Source of the DNA: Octopus vulgaris
Lineage: Eukaryota
Direction of reading: 5' to 3'
Length of the DNA stretch: 64,000 nucleotides
Assembly (NCBI GenBank): GCA_951406725.2
Contig: OX597835.1
Span: 32,798,001 to 32,862,000 of the forward strand
Part shown: positions 16,078 through 28,976 of the stretch, piece by piece
How the letters are laid out: each line of letters opens with the position of its first letter
How positions within the stretch are numbered: the first letter of the stretch is position 1
Translations under genes and position numbers: made by a program
Notes under the pieces: model-generated
The model's database searches: none
What the model was told of the DNA's origin: nothing
What the model saw: only the letters and a program-made list of their open reading frames with translations

Positions 16078-16226
16078 CTGGGAAGTGGTATATGTCAGGG
16101 GTAGTGGGGGACAGTCTATTTGGCGGGTATTTGCCTGGTTTGAGCGTGCGTGTGTGTACATGGGTGCATTAGTAAATGCTCTGGTCAAGCTCTTTGCCAG
16201 GTTCGAGGGTATTGGTGCAAGGCCAA
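16078..16226 (-). repeat. Inverted copy of the Naiad 3' UTR segment 14566-14713
   Basis: Near-identical reverse complement; both copies give the ORF-track peptide IWRVFAWFE..VYMGALVNALVKLFAR. Confidence 0.85.
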
Positions 16227-16237
16227 GTATTTTTCGA

Positions 16238-16276
<39 letters not shown>

Positions 16277-16403
16277 GGTCACTACTTGGAATCGAACTCA
16301 GAATCTTGGGGTTAGTAGCCCGCGCTCTTAACCACTACGATATTGCAAACTGACTTACTTAACCGCACAGTCTACTCACGAGCTCACGTGCGTGCTGAAT
16401 TAT

Positions 16404-16821
16404 ATACTCTCTTTTACTCTTTTACTTGTTTCCGTCATTTGACTGCGGCCATGCTGCAGCACCGCCTTTAGTCGAGCAAATCGACCCCGAGACTTATTCT
16501 TTGTAAGCCCAGTACTTATTCTATCGGTCTCTTCTGCCGAACCGCTAAGTGACGGGGACGTAAACACACCAGCATCGGTTGTCAAGCAATGCTAGGGGGA
16601 CAAACACAGACACACAAATACACACACATGCATATATATATATATACACATATACACGACAGGCTTCTTTCAGTTTCCGTCTACCAAATCCACTCACAAG
16701 GCTTTGGTCGGCCCGGGGCTATAGCAGAAGACACTTGCCCAAGGTGCCACGCAGTGGGACTAAACCCGGAACCATGTGGTTGTTTAGCAAGCTACTTACC
16801 ACACAGCCACTCCTGCGCCTA
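16404..16821 (-). mobile_element. SINE group A, full length
   Basis: Reverse complement of the 11066 copy, well conserved. Confidence 0.93.
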
Positions 16822-17034
16822 TACGAATATTTCTAATATTTTATTCTTGTAAATATTTAATTATCTATATTAAATTCTAAGTAGATTTTACATTTATTGG
16901 ATTTCTTATGAGGGCATAAAATTTTATAATTTTATATATATTTATTTTCAACTCATATTATTTGCTTATTTGTTAACATGGTAATTCGATGTTACGTTCA
17001 TTTATTATACATATCAATAATATATGATACCTGA

Positions 17035-17570
17035 AGGCGGGGAGCTGACAGAACGCCGGACAAAATACTTAGCTGCATTTCGTCCGTCTTTACGGTCTGA
17101 GTTCAAATTCTGTCGAGGGTTAACTTTACCTTTCATCCTTTGAGGGGTCAAGGAAATGAACAGCAGTTGAGCACTGGGGTCAAATTAATTGACTAATCCC
17201 CCCTTAAATGTTTGTGGGTGCATCATATTTTTGGTAGGTATTGTATTGTTAATTCTAAAAGCGGCAGGCGAAGATTCACTTTGTTGTTTGATGTACCATC
17301 CAAGATTATTCTTCTCAATGACAACACTGGTCTTGCACCCAATGAGACCTCTTCCTTTTTTGTTTCTAGGCTTATACAGTCTGTCAGTATCGCTTTTGGG
17401 AAGAATTTCCTTGTTACTTATCATCATTTTCTAGTTTTACGTGGTGAGTTGACTTTACCTTTGATCCTTTCTGGTTTGACAAAATAAGTGCCAGTTAAGC
17501 ACTGGGGTCGATGTAATCGACTTCCCCACCTCCCGAAACTGCTGGCCTTGCGCCAGAATTTGAAAGCAAT
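17035..17570 (+). mobile_element. SINE group B pieces bracketing a LINE fragment
   Basis: Head and Meta-like box at 17035-17185; second Meta-like box and tail at 17450-17570. Confidence 0.7.
17200..17445 (-). pseudogene. R4/Dong-like (RLE-clade) non-LTR RT C-terminal fragment
   Basis: PKSDTDRLYKPRNKKGRGLI matches the HPKSDxDRLYLPRxxGGRGL motif. Confidence 0.7.
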
Positions 17571-18000
17571 ATTGTGCTTACATCTGCACCGAAATACGTA
17601 AAATATTGAAGGGTCAATTCATCATATTTTATAGATAAAAAGTAGGGTGGTGGGTGAAGAAGAACTTTTCCCGATAAATATTTATTTTATTCAACCCCGG
17701 AGCAAGCGTGGACTAGTGGTTGGCGTGTTGCCCGCACAACCGCAAGATCTTGTCCCAACAGAAAAGTTACTTTATAAGCAGTATGGAGTATTTCATAAGT
17801 TTCTCTAACAGAAAACCTTAATGCATAGCGAGCTCCCAAACTACATGACTACATTCTTAAAACGCTTAGTTGTGATAATCAGGATTTAGTAGGGCGTGTT
17901 CAAACTACTGCTGCAGCCGTATTCTTCTATCTGGAATAACAAAAGTTGACAGGTCAGCTTATTAGTGATATACTAAAATGCATAGTAGTTATATACTAAA

Positions 18001-18387
18001 GTGGAGGCGCAATGGCCCAGTGGTGAGGGCAGCGGACTCGCGGTCATAGGATCGCGGTTTCGATTCCCAGACCGGGCGTTGTGAGTGTTTATTGAGCGAA
18101 AACACCTAAAGCTCCATGAGGCTCCGGCAGGGATGGTGGTGATACCTGCTGTACTCTTTCACCACAACTTTCTCTCACTCTTACTTCCTGTTTCTGTTGT
18201 ACCTGTATTTCAAAGGGCCGGCCTTGTCATTCTCTGTGTCACGCTGAATATCCCCGAGAACTACGTTAAGGGTACACGTGTCTGTGGAATGCTCAGCCAC
18301 TTACACGTTAATTTCACGAGCAGGCTGTTCCGTTGATTCGGATCAACCGGAACCCTCGTCGTCGTAACCGACGGAGTGCTTCCAACG
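18001..18387 (+). mobile_element. SINE group C, third tail type
   Basis: Head gtggaggcgcaatggcccagtgg..ggtttcgattccc. Approximate TSD atatactaaa/atatgctaaa (17991, 18388). Confidence 0.9.
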
Positions 18388-18930
18388 ATATGCTAAAATT
18401 ACAATACATTTGGAAAGTTATAAGTGCCTCTCCTAAGCAATTCACAGAACCTCAGGAATGTACCTCGTATTATATGTAATGAATTATGAAATATACCAGT
18501 AAATGAACATTTATATAATATGTACAATATATATGAAATATGATATTTAGTAACCAGCTATATACAATATGTAGAAAACATCTAAAATACAGCATTTAAT
18601 AAAATGTGAGTTGTGTATGTAGTAATATACGACATATATTATAAATTTCGGTGCAACTCATAGATTTACCGTACGTAATTGTGTTAAACTCAGAAGAAAG
18701 TTTAGATATTTTTCTTGGTAATAACTATTAATTTTTCATGTTAATAATGCAAACATTATTGAAATTTAGAAACAAAATATTCATAAATACAATATGAAAT
18801 TAATATAGGTGAACGCAAGCAATCTGGGAAGATTTTGTAAACAAAAATACGCGCACATATTGTCTACACACACGTATGCACACAAACAAATATATGGTTA
18901 CATACAAACACACACACATACACACACCAA

Positions 18931-18979
<49 letters not shown>

Positions 18980-19040
18980 GTATATATACGTATATGTATA
19001 TATACGTATATGTATATATATGTATATATATATATATAAG

Positions 19041-19098
<58 letters not shown>

Positions 19099-19162
19099 AG
19101 AGTAAACACATAATTGTGAAACAAGGTGGAAAAAAGAGTACTCAAATGCCAGGGGTAGAGTA

Positions 19163-19326
19163 ATATGCTTTATTTAAAAGCAGCAGAAATTCAACAAAAT
19201 CTGTTACTCGGAGTTTCACGTTCCCGTTCGTCGGACAGTTTTGTTACAAAACTGTCCGAGGATCGGGAACGTGAAACTCCGAGTAACAGGTTTTGTTGAA
19301 TTTCTGCTGCTTTTAAATAAAGTATA

Positions 19327-19327
<1 letters not shown>
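19163..19327. repeat. Near-perfect 165-bp palindrome of a PLE-like terminus carrying two inverted HHRs
   Basis: Arms are symmetric about 19245. HHRs at 19201-19238 (-) and 19252-19289 (+). Confidence 0.92.
19201..19238 (-). ncRNA. Minimal HHR with CCGACGA (U4C) core
   Basis: ctgt CCGACGA acg ggaa cgt GAAACTC c GAGTA acag. Mirror copy at 19252-19289 has CCGAGGA. Confidence 0.65.
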
Positions 19328-19369
<42 letters not shown>

Positions 19370-20392
19370 ATGTTATGCTTGTACGTGAGGCACGTTTCGA
19401 AAATTTTCGACTCGCGTCCAGTAAGACAAACTACTCCAAGTTGTTAGAGTAATCTTCGGTAAGTGAAGTCGATTCTAAATGTAGCAACGTTGTGTGGTAA
19501 AACACGAAACATGTATTTACTTAACACCTGCACTTAAAATTGTCGGTTCTAACCGTTATATTCGATATTTGATTCTCACGATCGGTGGAACTATAGACAG
19601 GAATCACAGTAGTCAAATTAAGTGCCTTTTCCCTAAATAATTTTTGTTTACTTTTCAAACTTTTATGTTCTTTTTCTTCATCGCACTCCTTTACAATTCT
19701 CTTCTTGATGTTTCCATAGATTATATATTTGCAGCTTTCCACTCATCTGACCAAACGATTGTCACTTTCCGATTCCACACATATTTGTATTATTGATTCG
19801 TGAATGAATTTGCCTACGCCTTCTATTATCTGTCCTATGTCTTGATTTCATTTTTCGTCTGAGAGAAATTAGGCAGTGTAATGGGTAATGGGAATATTCC
19901 CGCTCCCGGGTATTACCGGGTAACTCAGCTAGTACAAAATGTTCGGCTGCAGATTCTGTTGAATAACCTGTTGTATATTTACACAAGTTCAGGTGTATGC
20001 TTCGACGCAATGTAATTACCTACAAATTTCCGACCCTGTCCACTTTAATATTCCACTACTATACACATATTATGATGCAACAGTCTTACCTGTGCATTGA
20101 CTGACTAGACATTTATGAAAATATGTCACATAACAAAATGAACACGAATCCAAATATCAATATTTTGAAAGCAATTAATTTGTGCGGTTCAAGTGATTAC
20201 ATAAGGAAATTGTTATGCAATACAATCCTCGACAATCGACATTTCACTACATACAGGTATTTGAAATTTACCTTATATATATTAGCTGTGCGGATAGCCT
20301 TACACAATCCGTCAAAATACAAAGTAGAAGGAAAAGAACGTAGAAAGAAAAGCGACAGGTAAAGAATGAGAAATATTTTTATATATGATATC

Positions 20393-20766
20393 TAGGCGCA
20401 AGCGTGGCTACAGGGTAAGAGGTTTGCTCCGCAACCACATGGGTCGGGGCTCAGTAGAGTGTCTTCTACTACAACTTCCGACAAATTTAAACCTTGTAAG
20501 TGGATTTGATAGACGGAAACATTTACCATATATCTATGTGTGGCGGGGGTTGGGTTGTCCCCATGAACCCGCTTGACAAAAGGTGTTGGTGTGCTTACGT
20601 CCTCGTAACTAGAGAATCAGCAATGTATTTCCTTAATAGAATAAAGACTAGGCTTTAAGAATAATTCTTGATTTGTTCGACTAAAACCCTTCGAGTAAGT
20701 GCTCCAGCATGGCGGCAGTCAAATGGTCGAAACAAACAGAAGAACGAAAAAGAAAGTAAAAGAAAG
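20393..20766 (+). mobile_element. Degenerate SINE group A
   Basis: Starts taggcgcaagcgtggct and ends gctccagcatggcggcagtcaaatg. Confidence 0.75.
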
Positions 20767-20795
20767 AATACATATATTCATATGTGTGGGTGTGT

Positions 20796-20840
<45 letters not shown>

Positions 20841-21239
20841 TGTGTGCGCGTGTGTGTGTGTAAAGTAAAAGAAAGGGGACTATAGATAAATATTTCCTTT
20901 TATATACCGCTTTTCCTCTTTCGCTCTGCTTATCTAATTCTTCTATCTATCTTACTTTCCCTCCCTAACCTTTCTTTGTGTTTTGGTGCTTTTCCAAAGA
21001 CTTTCCGAACAGGACATATTTTTTAGATAACTTTGTACTTTGAAATGTCAACCGACCTGGGTCGTGTTACGTTACAGCTTTCTTACTTAAATATACGAAA
21101 CGCTTGTATTAAAGTGTAAGCAGAGGAAATCTTTTAAATAATGAGATCGATATAAGCAACAGTATTCTCCTCTCAAAATCATATATACTATGTTGATAAT
21201 CATTTCAATTTTTTGACACGAGGGCAGCTTGACGTAGGT

Positions 21240-21835
21240 GGTGATAAGTCGATTACATCGACCCCAGTGTTCAACTGGTACTTACTTTATCGACCCCGAA
21301 AGGTTGAAAGGCAGAGTCAGCCTTGGTGGAATTTGGACTCAGAACGTTGCGATGGGCGAAATACCGCTAAGTATTTCGTCCAGCGCGCTAACGATTCCTC
21401 CAGCACACTGCTTTTGTGACTATGTTAATAGTAACTATTAAGAAGGCAGCAAGCTGGCAGAACCGTTACCACGCCGGGCGAAATGCGTAGCCGTATTTCG
21501 TCTGCCGTTACGTTCTGAGTTCAAATTCCGCTGAGGTCGACTTTCCATTTCGTTCTTTTGGGGTCGATTAAATAAATACCAGTTACTCACTGGGGTCGAT
21601 GTATTCGACTTAATCCGTTTGTCTCTCCTTGTTTGTTCTCTCTGTGTTTAACCCCCTGTGGATAGTAAAGAAATAGGTATTTCGTCTGTTTTTACGTTCT
21701 GTGTTCAAATTCTGCCGAGGTTGAATTCGTCTTTCAGCTTCGATAAATTGAGTGCCAGTGGCGTACTGGGATTCATCTAATCGGCTGCCCCCCCCCCCCA
21801 AAAAAAAAAATTCGGTCCTTGTGCCTAGGAGTAGA
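21240..21835. mobile_element. Head-to-head pair of group B SINEs (21240-21410 minus; 21444-21835 plus, with an internal tandem unit)
   Basis: Both match the 10441-10670 copy. The plus copy repeats tatttcgtctg..ttacgttctg..gttcaaatt at about 21494 and 21678. Confidence 0.85.
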
Positions 21836-22739
21836 AACGAATAATAACTATTAAGGAAAGTGGAATGATAAATTTAAGTAAAGTTCTGTTTAAAAATACT
21901 ACACGTTATTACTATTCATGTCCTGATTTAAAATCCCCCCCCACGCCGATATCCACTTTACTTGGCAATCATATTCTGAGATCGATAGAACGGAGACCCA
22001 GTTAATTAATTACGTTAATATATTCAACTATATTAAGGCAGCAAGCTGACCGAATCGATAGCAAACTGCTGACTGGAAATTCGTCCATTTTTACCTTTTA
22101 ATGTCAAATTTCCTTTGGTCGATTTTATTTTTCATCGTTGTGAGGGCGATGAAATAAGTACAATTAGGTACTTCGGTCGATGTAATCAACTTATCTGCCT
22201 CCCGAAATTGCTGGCCTTGTGCCAAAATGTGAGACAAATATTAGTTACTTCTTTAAGAGGTACAGCTACACCCTGTTTAATGAGAATAGTTTTGTAACTT
22301 GCTTTTTTTAAGTTTCAGCCCAGAGCTGCGGCCATGCTGATGCACTGCCGTTATTCAAATTTCTACTCATTCCCAAAGTATTTTCTCTAAATTGAAGTTT
22401 CATCAAGAGAGAATCAAGAGGAATCAAGAGGAATTAGTTGTTTTTCATTGAGAGGAACTAATAATATTGGTACAATTGTGAAAAAGATAATAGAAGTTTG
22501 GTTTAAGGGGAGAAAATAACGAAGAACACTGAGATTGAGAATATATTTGAACCGAAAGCTTAAAAAGGTTAAATGGAAAATAGAAAGTAACAAACAATGA
22601 AAACACAAAGAAAATATAAAATAAATATACGACAAACAGAAAATAAAGAGAAGAAAACCGAAAACAGACGGAAGAAAATTAGATTATGAACGTGGTATAT
22701 TATAGCAGACGTTAAGTGTAGACTATGTGCGGGTATATT

Positions 22740-22974
22740 TATATGTGTGCGCGTGTGTGTGTGAGAGATAGAGACGGAGAGAGAGAAAGACTATATGTAT
22801 TTGAGAATGAGAGTGTGTGCGTGAGAGATAGTGTGCATGTGGTAGTCACTGTGTGTGTGTGGAGTAAGAATGCGTTTTCGTGTACGTGTATGTGAGAGAG
22901 AATATGAGGTGGGGTATTGTTGAGAGAAAGAGAGTGTGTGTAGGTTTGTGCATGAAAGAAAGAGAAAGAAAGTC

Positions 22975-23012
<38 letters not shown>

Positions 23013-23315
23013 TGAGTGAGAGAAAGAGAGAGATTGTGTGTGTATGTGTGTGAGAGAGAGAATATTTATTTATATGAAAGAGATGTGTGTGTGTGTATGT
23101 GTGTGAGAAAGAGAGAATGTTTGTATGTATGAAAGAGATGTGAGTGTGTGTGTACGGAAAAGAGCTTGAGAAAGTGTGCATGTCGGAGGAGTGCATATGT
23201 GTGTGTGGTAGAAGAAAAGAGTGTGTATGTGTGTACTATTTTTGTGTGTGTGTGCGCACACCTGCACATGTGCGTGCATGCCTGTGTGTGTGTGTGTATG
23301 TGTTTGTGTGTGTAT
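22740..23315. repeat. Degenerate (GT)n/(GA)n low-complexity tract
   Basis: Directly visible. Confidence 0.9.
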
Positions 23316-23511
23316 CTCCAATGTAAACTTCAACGTTGCGACTTAAAATGTTTATATATATATATATGTCTTGAGGGAACAATTTATACTGAAATATATC
23401 ACCTAATCACCGTAAACATATAATATATGATATATAGTATAAAATAATGAAATAAATACGATAAAAATAATATATTAAAACGAAAGTCAATGTTTGAGTG
23501 TCAGGTGAAAA

Positions 23512-23692
<181 letters not shown>

Positions 23693-24129
23693 GCCAGCGG
23701 TATAAACAATGTCTGAGGAATGCAGGATTGTACATTGAATTATGTTCTTGCTCAATAAAGTAAATAGAAAAAGAAGCAAAATATGACATATATATATGTG
23801 TGTGTGTGTGTGTTTGTTTGTGTGTGTGTGCGTTTGTGTGTGTGTGTGTGTGCAATAACATTCATTCGTTATTCAACAATATCGAAGCACGATGCAAATT
23901 CCCTGAAGGAAGAAAACAGTCAAATTTCAAATTGCTTTTAAAAGACGTTGGTAAATTCTTTGGTTGAGACGAAGAATATATTCCCAGAGTCGTTTTTGTT
24001 TTTCGGGCAGTGAAATAGCAATAATATTAATAACAGAAAATAATAATTAAGATAAGAAATATAATAAAATATTAGGGCAAGAGAAAAAGCAACCAGGTCA
24101 GCGTTATTTAAAGAGTACAACTTACATAT

Positions 24130-25035
24130 CTGTCAGAAATAATGTCAGACATTACAAATACTGTCCCATTTTCAGTGTTTCCCAGTCAGACACATTAATA
24201 AACGAAACAAATGCCTGTCCCATATCCAATGTCCCACGTCACAGACAGTGACAAAGACAGCACATGTACTGTCCCATTCTCAATGTTTCAATGAAGAGCA
24301 GAGTCAGGTACATCACCTATCCTCTTCCATTCTCGATGTCCCCCGTCAAAGACAGTGACAAGGTCGCCACATGTTCTGTCCCATTTTAACGTCCCAATCA
24401 AATGCAGCGATAGGCACACCACATACACTGTCCCATTTTCAATGTTTCACTCAATTGTAGAGAGAGGTACACAACGTACCCTGTCCCATTTTCGATGTTT
24501 TACGTCACACAAAATATCAGACACAGCATATACACTTTCTCATATTCAATGACCCAAGCCACACACAGTGACAGTGCAGCAACATACCTGTCTCATATCC
24601 TATATCCCAAAGCCACACACGGTGTGAGATACGCGACATATCCTGTTCAATTTTCAGTGTACCACGACAAGCGCAGTAAGAGACACAGCACAAACCCCGT
24701 CTCATTTCCAATGTCATTGTCACACACAGTGTCAGTCCCACAATAGACCCTGTCCAATTTTCAATATTCCAAAGTCACGCACATTGACGGACACACTATA
24801 TGCCCAATGTCGTTTTAAATGTTCCAAGCCACACACACAGATACACATAGCATCTCATACCATTCCTCATTTTCAAAACTTCCAAGATGTATTTATAGAC
24901 AGATACGTTTAATATTTTGTTTCATTTTCTGTCCCCAATCAGACACAATTAAATGCACTCGGAATACCATTTTCAGTGTCTCCAAATCCCATTAGGTGAC
25001 AGGCATATCATATACCATGTCCCATTTTTAATGAT
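24130..25035. repeat. Diverged minisatellite, about 53-bp unit, about 16 copies
   Basis: ctgtcccattttcaatgt-like motif recurs at about 24161, 24215, 24269, 24376, 24428, 24482, 24588, 24642, 24750 and 25017. Confidence 0.85.
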
Positions 25036-25399
25036 AGAAGTTCATCATCAATTAAGACCAATGACTTCATTGCAGCTTTGGATCGTCTGCGACGTTTCAA
25101 TGATTTTATTCCACGTCTCTCTCTGACTTCACACATAGGTGATATATCTTATGCGTGAAGGTGTCTATTGTCTTTGGTTTTGTTATTGTTTATCAACAAG
25201 TATACCCTGATCCAGTCAAACTACACCCAAAGGTTTTCCAGCTGTGTCCACCATATCATGTTATTGATACATACATACTTACATAAATACACACATACAC
25301 ACACACTCATATATATATATATATATACACATACACACACACTCATATATATATACACATAAATATATATATACACATAAATACACACATACACACACA

Positions 25400-25443
<44 letters not shown>

Positions 25444-25644
25444 GCACGAAGCTTTGTCAGTGAACAGGTCGCGGTCTCGAAGCGACGAAAATATTTTGAC
25501 AAATTAAATTTAAATGTTGAAGGGAATCTAACGGTTTTGTGTGTTTCTTAAATGGCTTATAAATACCTTCCACGCTGCAATTGTTTTCGTTCCAGCACAC
25601 GATCTCGGATCAAGTCACTTGCTATGCAAGTACATCTCCGTAAA

Positions 25645-25694
<50 letters not shown>

Positions 25695-25724
25695 CACACA
25701 CACATATATATGTGTGTGTGTGTG

Positions 25725-25945
25725 TATTGGATCATCCCATAAATAATGCGGTTTATTTAATATTTCTTTTCCTTTTCAAAATTACGATAAACAAAGTTCA
25801 TTTTAATCTAAAATATACCCTCCTTCATTTTTTACAATGCCCTTCCATCTCTCTGCTAGACTTGCAAGGCCCTTCTTCCAAATTTCACTTATCCACAACG
25901 AAAAGTACTCCTCCAGTACTGTTCTAACCGCGTCTACAGAATTCA
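25725..25945 (-). mobile_element. Mariner 3' remnant (C-terminus and one TIR)
   Basis: VLEEYFS..EIWKKGLASLAERWKGIVKNEGGYILD*. TIR-like tattggatcatcccataaataatgcggttt. Confidence 0.8.
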
Positions 25946-25959
25946 TAGATACAAAGCAA

Positions 25960-26004
<45 letters not shown>

Positions 26005-26082
26005 AAGAAATACAAAACTAACTCAATGTGTTCTGCTCCTGTTTGAGAGGCTAGGGTGTGTTGGTGGGAGATTTGATTGATA

Positions 26083-27336
26083 CAAGAGGCGTTCAATAAG
26101 TAATGCCTCTGACCCACTTGCCTTTGTTTGATCTAGCTGTACAATTATTGATATCTCTATAGATTAAGTGGCAAATTACAGCTCCGAACTAATTGTGGTT
26201 TCTGATGTACAGGTGTTTGAAATGAGTCAAGTGGGAAATGGAGCATGTTGAGTATCGAGCAGTGATCCGGTTTTTGTATTTGAAATGACGCACACCACAG
26301 GAGACTTTTAATGAAATGAAAGTAACTTATGGTGATGATGCCCCATCATATGACCTTGTAAAACGCTGGCATCGTGAATTCAAACATGGTCGGAACTCTG
26401 TGGAAACAGCTCCCAGATCTGGTCGCACCCCTTCTGCCATTGATGAGGCATCTGTCCGTCAAGTTGAGGCTGCCATTTTGGAAGATCGACGCATAACTAT
26501 TGCCAAATAGTCCATGAGGTCAAGATTAGTACCGGGTCTGTGAAAACTATCATTCATGACCATTTGCATATGTAAAAGGTGTCTGCCAGATGGATTTCCA
26601 GGTTGCTCACACTTTTCCAGAAGCAAGAACGCAAGAATTCCAGAAGCAAGAATTTAGGGATGTGCCAAGAAGATGAGTCAACATTTTTCAAAAGACTGAT
26701 TACACAGGATGAGACCTGGGTCCATCACTATGATCCAGAGACCAAAGCCCAGTCAATGCAGTGGAAGCACCATGACTCACCTCCTGCAAAGAAGGCAAGG
26801 GTGCAGCCCCCCGCTGGCAAGGTCATGCTCACAGTCCTCTGGGACCAGGACGGAGTAGTGATGACAGATTTCCTGGCAAAGGGTACCACAATTACAGGAG
26901 ACTATCATGTTTCACTTTTGAGGAAATTAAGAGAAGCTATCGAAACCAAGAGGCGGGGCAAGATCTGCAAAGGCATCCTCCTCCTGCAGGACAACGCTCC
27001 GGTCCTACAACTTGCGTGTCGCCAGATCAGAAGCACAGGCGTGCGGCCATTCCCCTACTCTCCTGACCTTGCACCCTCTGATTTTCACCTCTTCCCAGCC
27101 ATGAAGTTGTTTTTGAAAGGAAAGCGTTTCCCAGATGATGCAGCCTTGATTTCTGAAGTCACGTCGTGGTTGGAGGACCAAGCTGGGGTCTTCTACGAAA
27201 ACGGTCTCCAGAACTGCATCAAACGATGGGAGAAATGCGTACCTCTGGGTTATTCCTATGTAGAAAAAGTGCCAAGTTTCGTTGCTCTACTGCTATGGGA
27301 AGTGGGTCAGGGGCATTACTTATTGAACGCCCCTCG
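26083..27336 (+). mobile_element. Full-length inactive mariner (irritans/Himar1-Hsmar2-like)
   Basis: About 37-bp TIRs caagaggcgttcaataagtaatgcctctgacccactt / aagtgggtcaggggcattacttattgaacgcccctcg. TA TSD at 26081-26082 and 27337-27338. Confidence 0.95.
26238..27270 (+). pseudogene. Mariner transposase pseudogene
   Basis: MEHVEYRAVIRFLYLK*..; ITQDETWVHHYDPE, AGKVMLTVLWD, LQDNA, PYSPDLAPSDF. Premature stops and frameshifts. Confidence 0.95.
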
Positions 27337-27349
27337 TATTTCTGCAGAT

Positions 27350-27677
27350 TAATGGATTTCGTCGAATAAATTGGCTCCACTGATTATTTTATCATTCCCT
27401 TTTGCGGAAACGCTAAGTTATGTAGACATAAGAATTAGACAAGTTATGGAGACCTAAAAATTCTACATAAAGAGAAGAGTCCTTCTCTCCCCCCCCACAC
27501 ATTATATATATGTACGATGGTATTCTTTCAGTTTCTGTTTACCAAATCCACCCACAGGTCTTTGGTCAGTCCGTGACTATATTAGAAAGCACTTGCTCAA
27601 GGTGCCACGCAGTGGGACGGAACCCACGAATATGTGGTTGAGAAGAAAACATCTCACCACTCCGAAAAACCTGCGCT
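27350..27677 (-). mobile_element. Degenerate SINE group A
   Basis: ctttcagtttctgtttaccaaatcca..cacttgctcaaggtgccacgcagtggga. Confidence 0.7.
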
Positions 27678-28565
27678 TATTGAAATATTTCAAAGCGAAT
27701 GTTTTATTCCTCATAACGTCCAAACAACTTTTTGGTCCACCTTTGTAGCTGTCATTTACTGTTGCTGTTTTGTCGGCGTTTCAATTAATTGTGAGTTTTA
27801 TGTAATATCCAAAATTGTAACATATTCTAAAATTTATTATTGTTGTTAGTTTCGTCTGTAAAACTAATAATTTGTTGAATTATCTCCCCTGGGTTTCCTT
27901 TCAATATAAAATTCGTTTCGATTTTTTTCCTTGAAATTTGCATGAAAGTAAAATTCACTGTTTTCTTTTTCCGTTTTTTGTTTTGCTTTGGTTTTGCATT
28001 TTTATTTCACTTGTTAATAAATGTCAAGAAAATTAGAAATTCTGAACCGACAAATTTAGATTGCAACCAATTCTTTTGAGACAGGGTAGTACAAAGAAGT
28101 GAAAGTATCATGAGCAGACGGTGTGAAGATGAAGGGTATAGAATATGACAAAATTCTGAACCAAAATATCGATGATCGATGAAACGGAAGATATGCAAAT
28201 TTGGAGACGGAAGATCGTTAACGGATTATGGAAATTACGCACTTATAACACTAGTGGGTTGTTCCGTACATGGTAACCCCTGTGCAAGCAGTCATAGGTT
28301 CAAATGTAATCCAGATATGACTATTTTATCGTCTTTTCAGACAACGTATTTTGGAAAACGTCTTAAAATTTTGAAGTCCTTTTTTGAGATGGTAACCTGC
28401 GATGTGAGCGAGATTAGGCTGTTCTTTCTTGCAGATGGAGCAATCATGTAGAGGTGCTCTCTTGGATTCGATTAGCCAATTGTTTAATCTCTTATTGTTG
28501 CTATGATATTGTTCTTGGTGGTGGTGATTGAATAACACTTTCTAGGTAGACGATATCAAATTACA

Positions 28566-28781
28566 CTTTACTCTTTTATTTGTTTCAGTCATTTGACTGC
28601 GGCCATGCTGGAGCACCGCCTTTGATCGAGCAACTCGATCCCGGGACTTATTCTTTTGTAAGCCCAGTACTTATTCTATCGGTCTCTTTTGCCGAACCGC
28701 TAAGTAACGGGGACATAAACACACCAGCATCGGTTGTCAAGCAATGCTAGGGGGACAAACACAGACACACAAACACACACA

Positions 28782-28837
<56 letters not shown>

Positions 28838-28976
28838 TACGACGGGCTTCTTTCAGTTTCCGTCTACCAAATCCACTCACAAGGCTTTTTCGGCCCGAGG
28901 CTATAGTAGAAGACACCTGCCCAAGGTGCCACGCAGTGGGACTGAACCCGGAACCATGTGGTTGGTAAACAAGCTA
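28566..28976 (-). mobile_element. SINE group A
   Basis: Near-identical to 16404-16821. Confidence 0.93.

Noticed and set aside
18001-18075. tRNA genes at SINE heads
   Set aside because: They continue into SINE bodies with tails and TSDs and do not form a clean cloverleaf with a Pol III terminator.
19500-20100. Possible host exons on the minus strand (short ORFs, a gtaag donor near 20090)
   Set aside because: No recognisable domain or consistent splice frame; cannot be supported without transcripts.
24130-25035. CRISPR-like repeat-spacer array
   Set aside because: The 'spacers' are homologous to each other, the repeats are degenerate, there are no cas genes and the context is eukaryotic.
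28179-28538. Short ORFs in moderately complex sequence
   Set aside because: No motif I recognise; possibly a decayed transposon, but unsupported.
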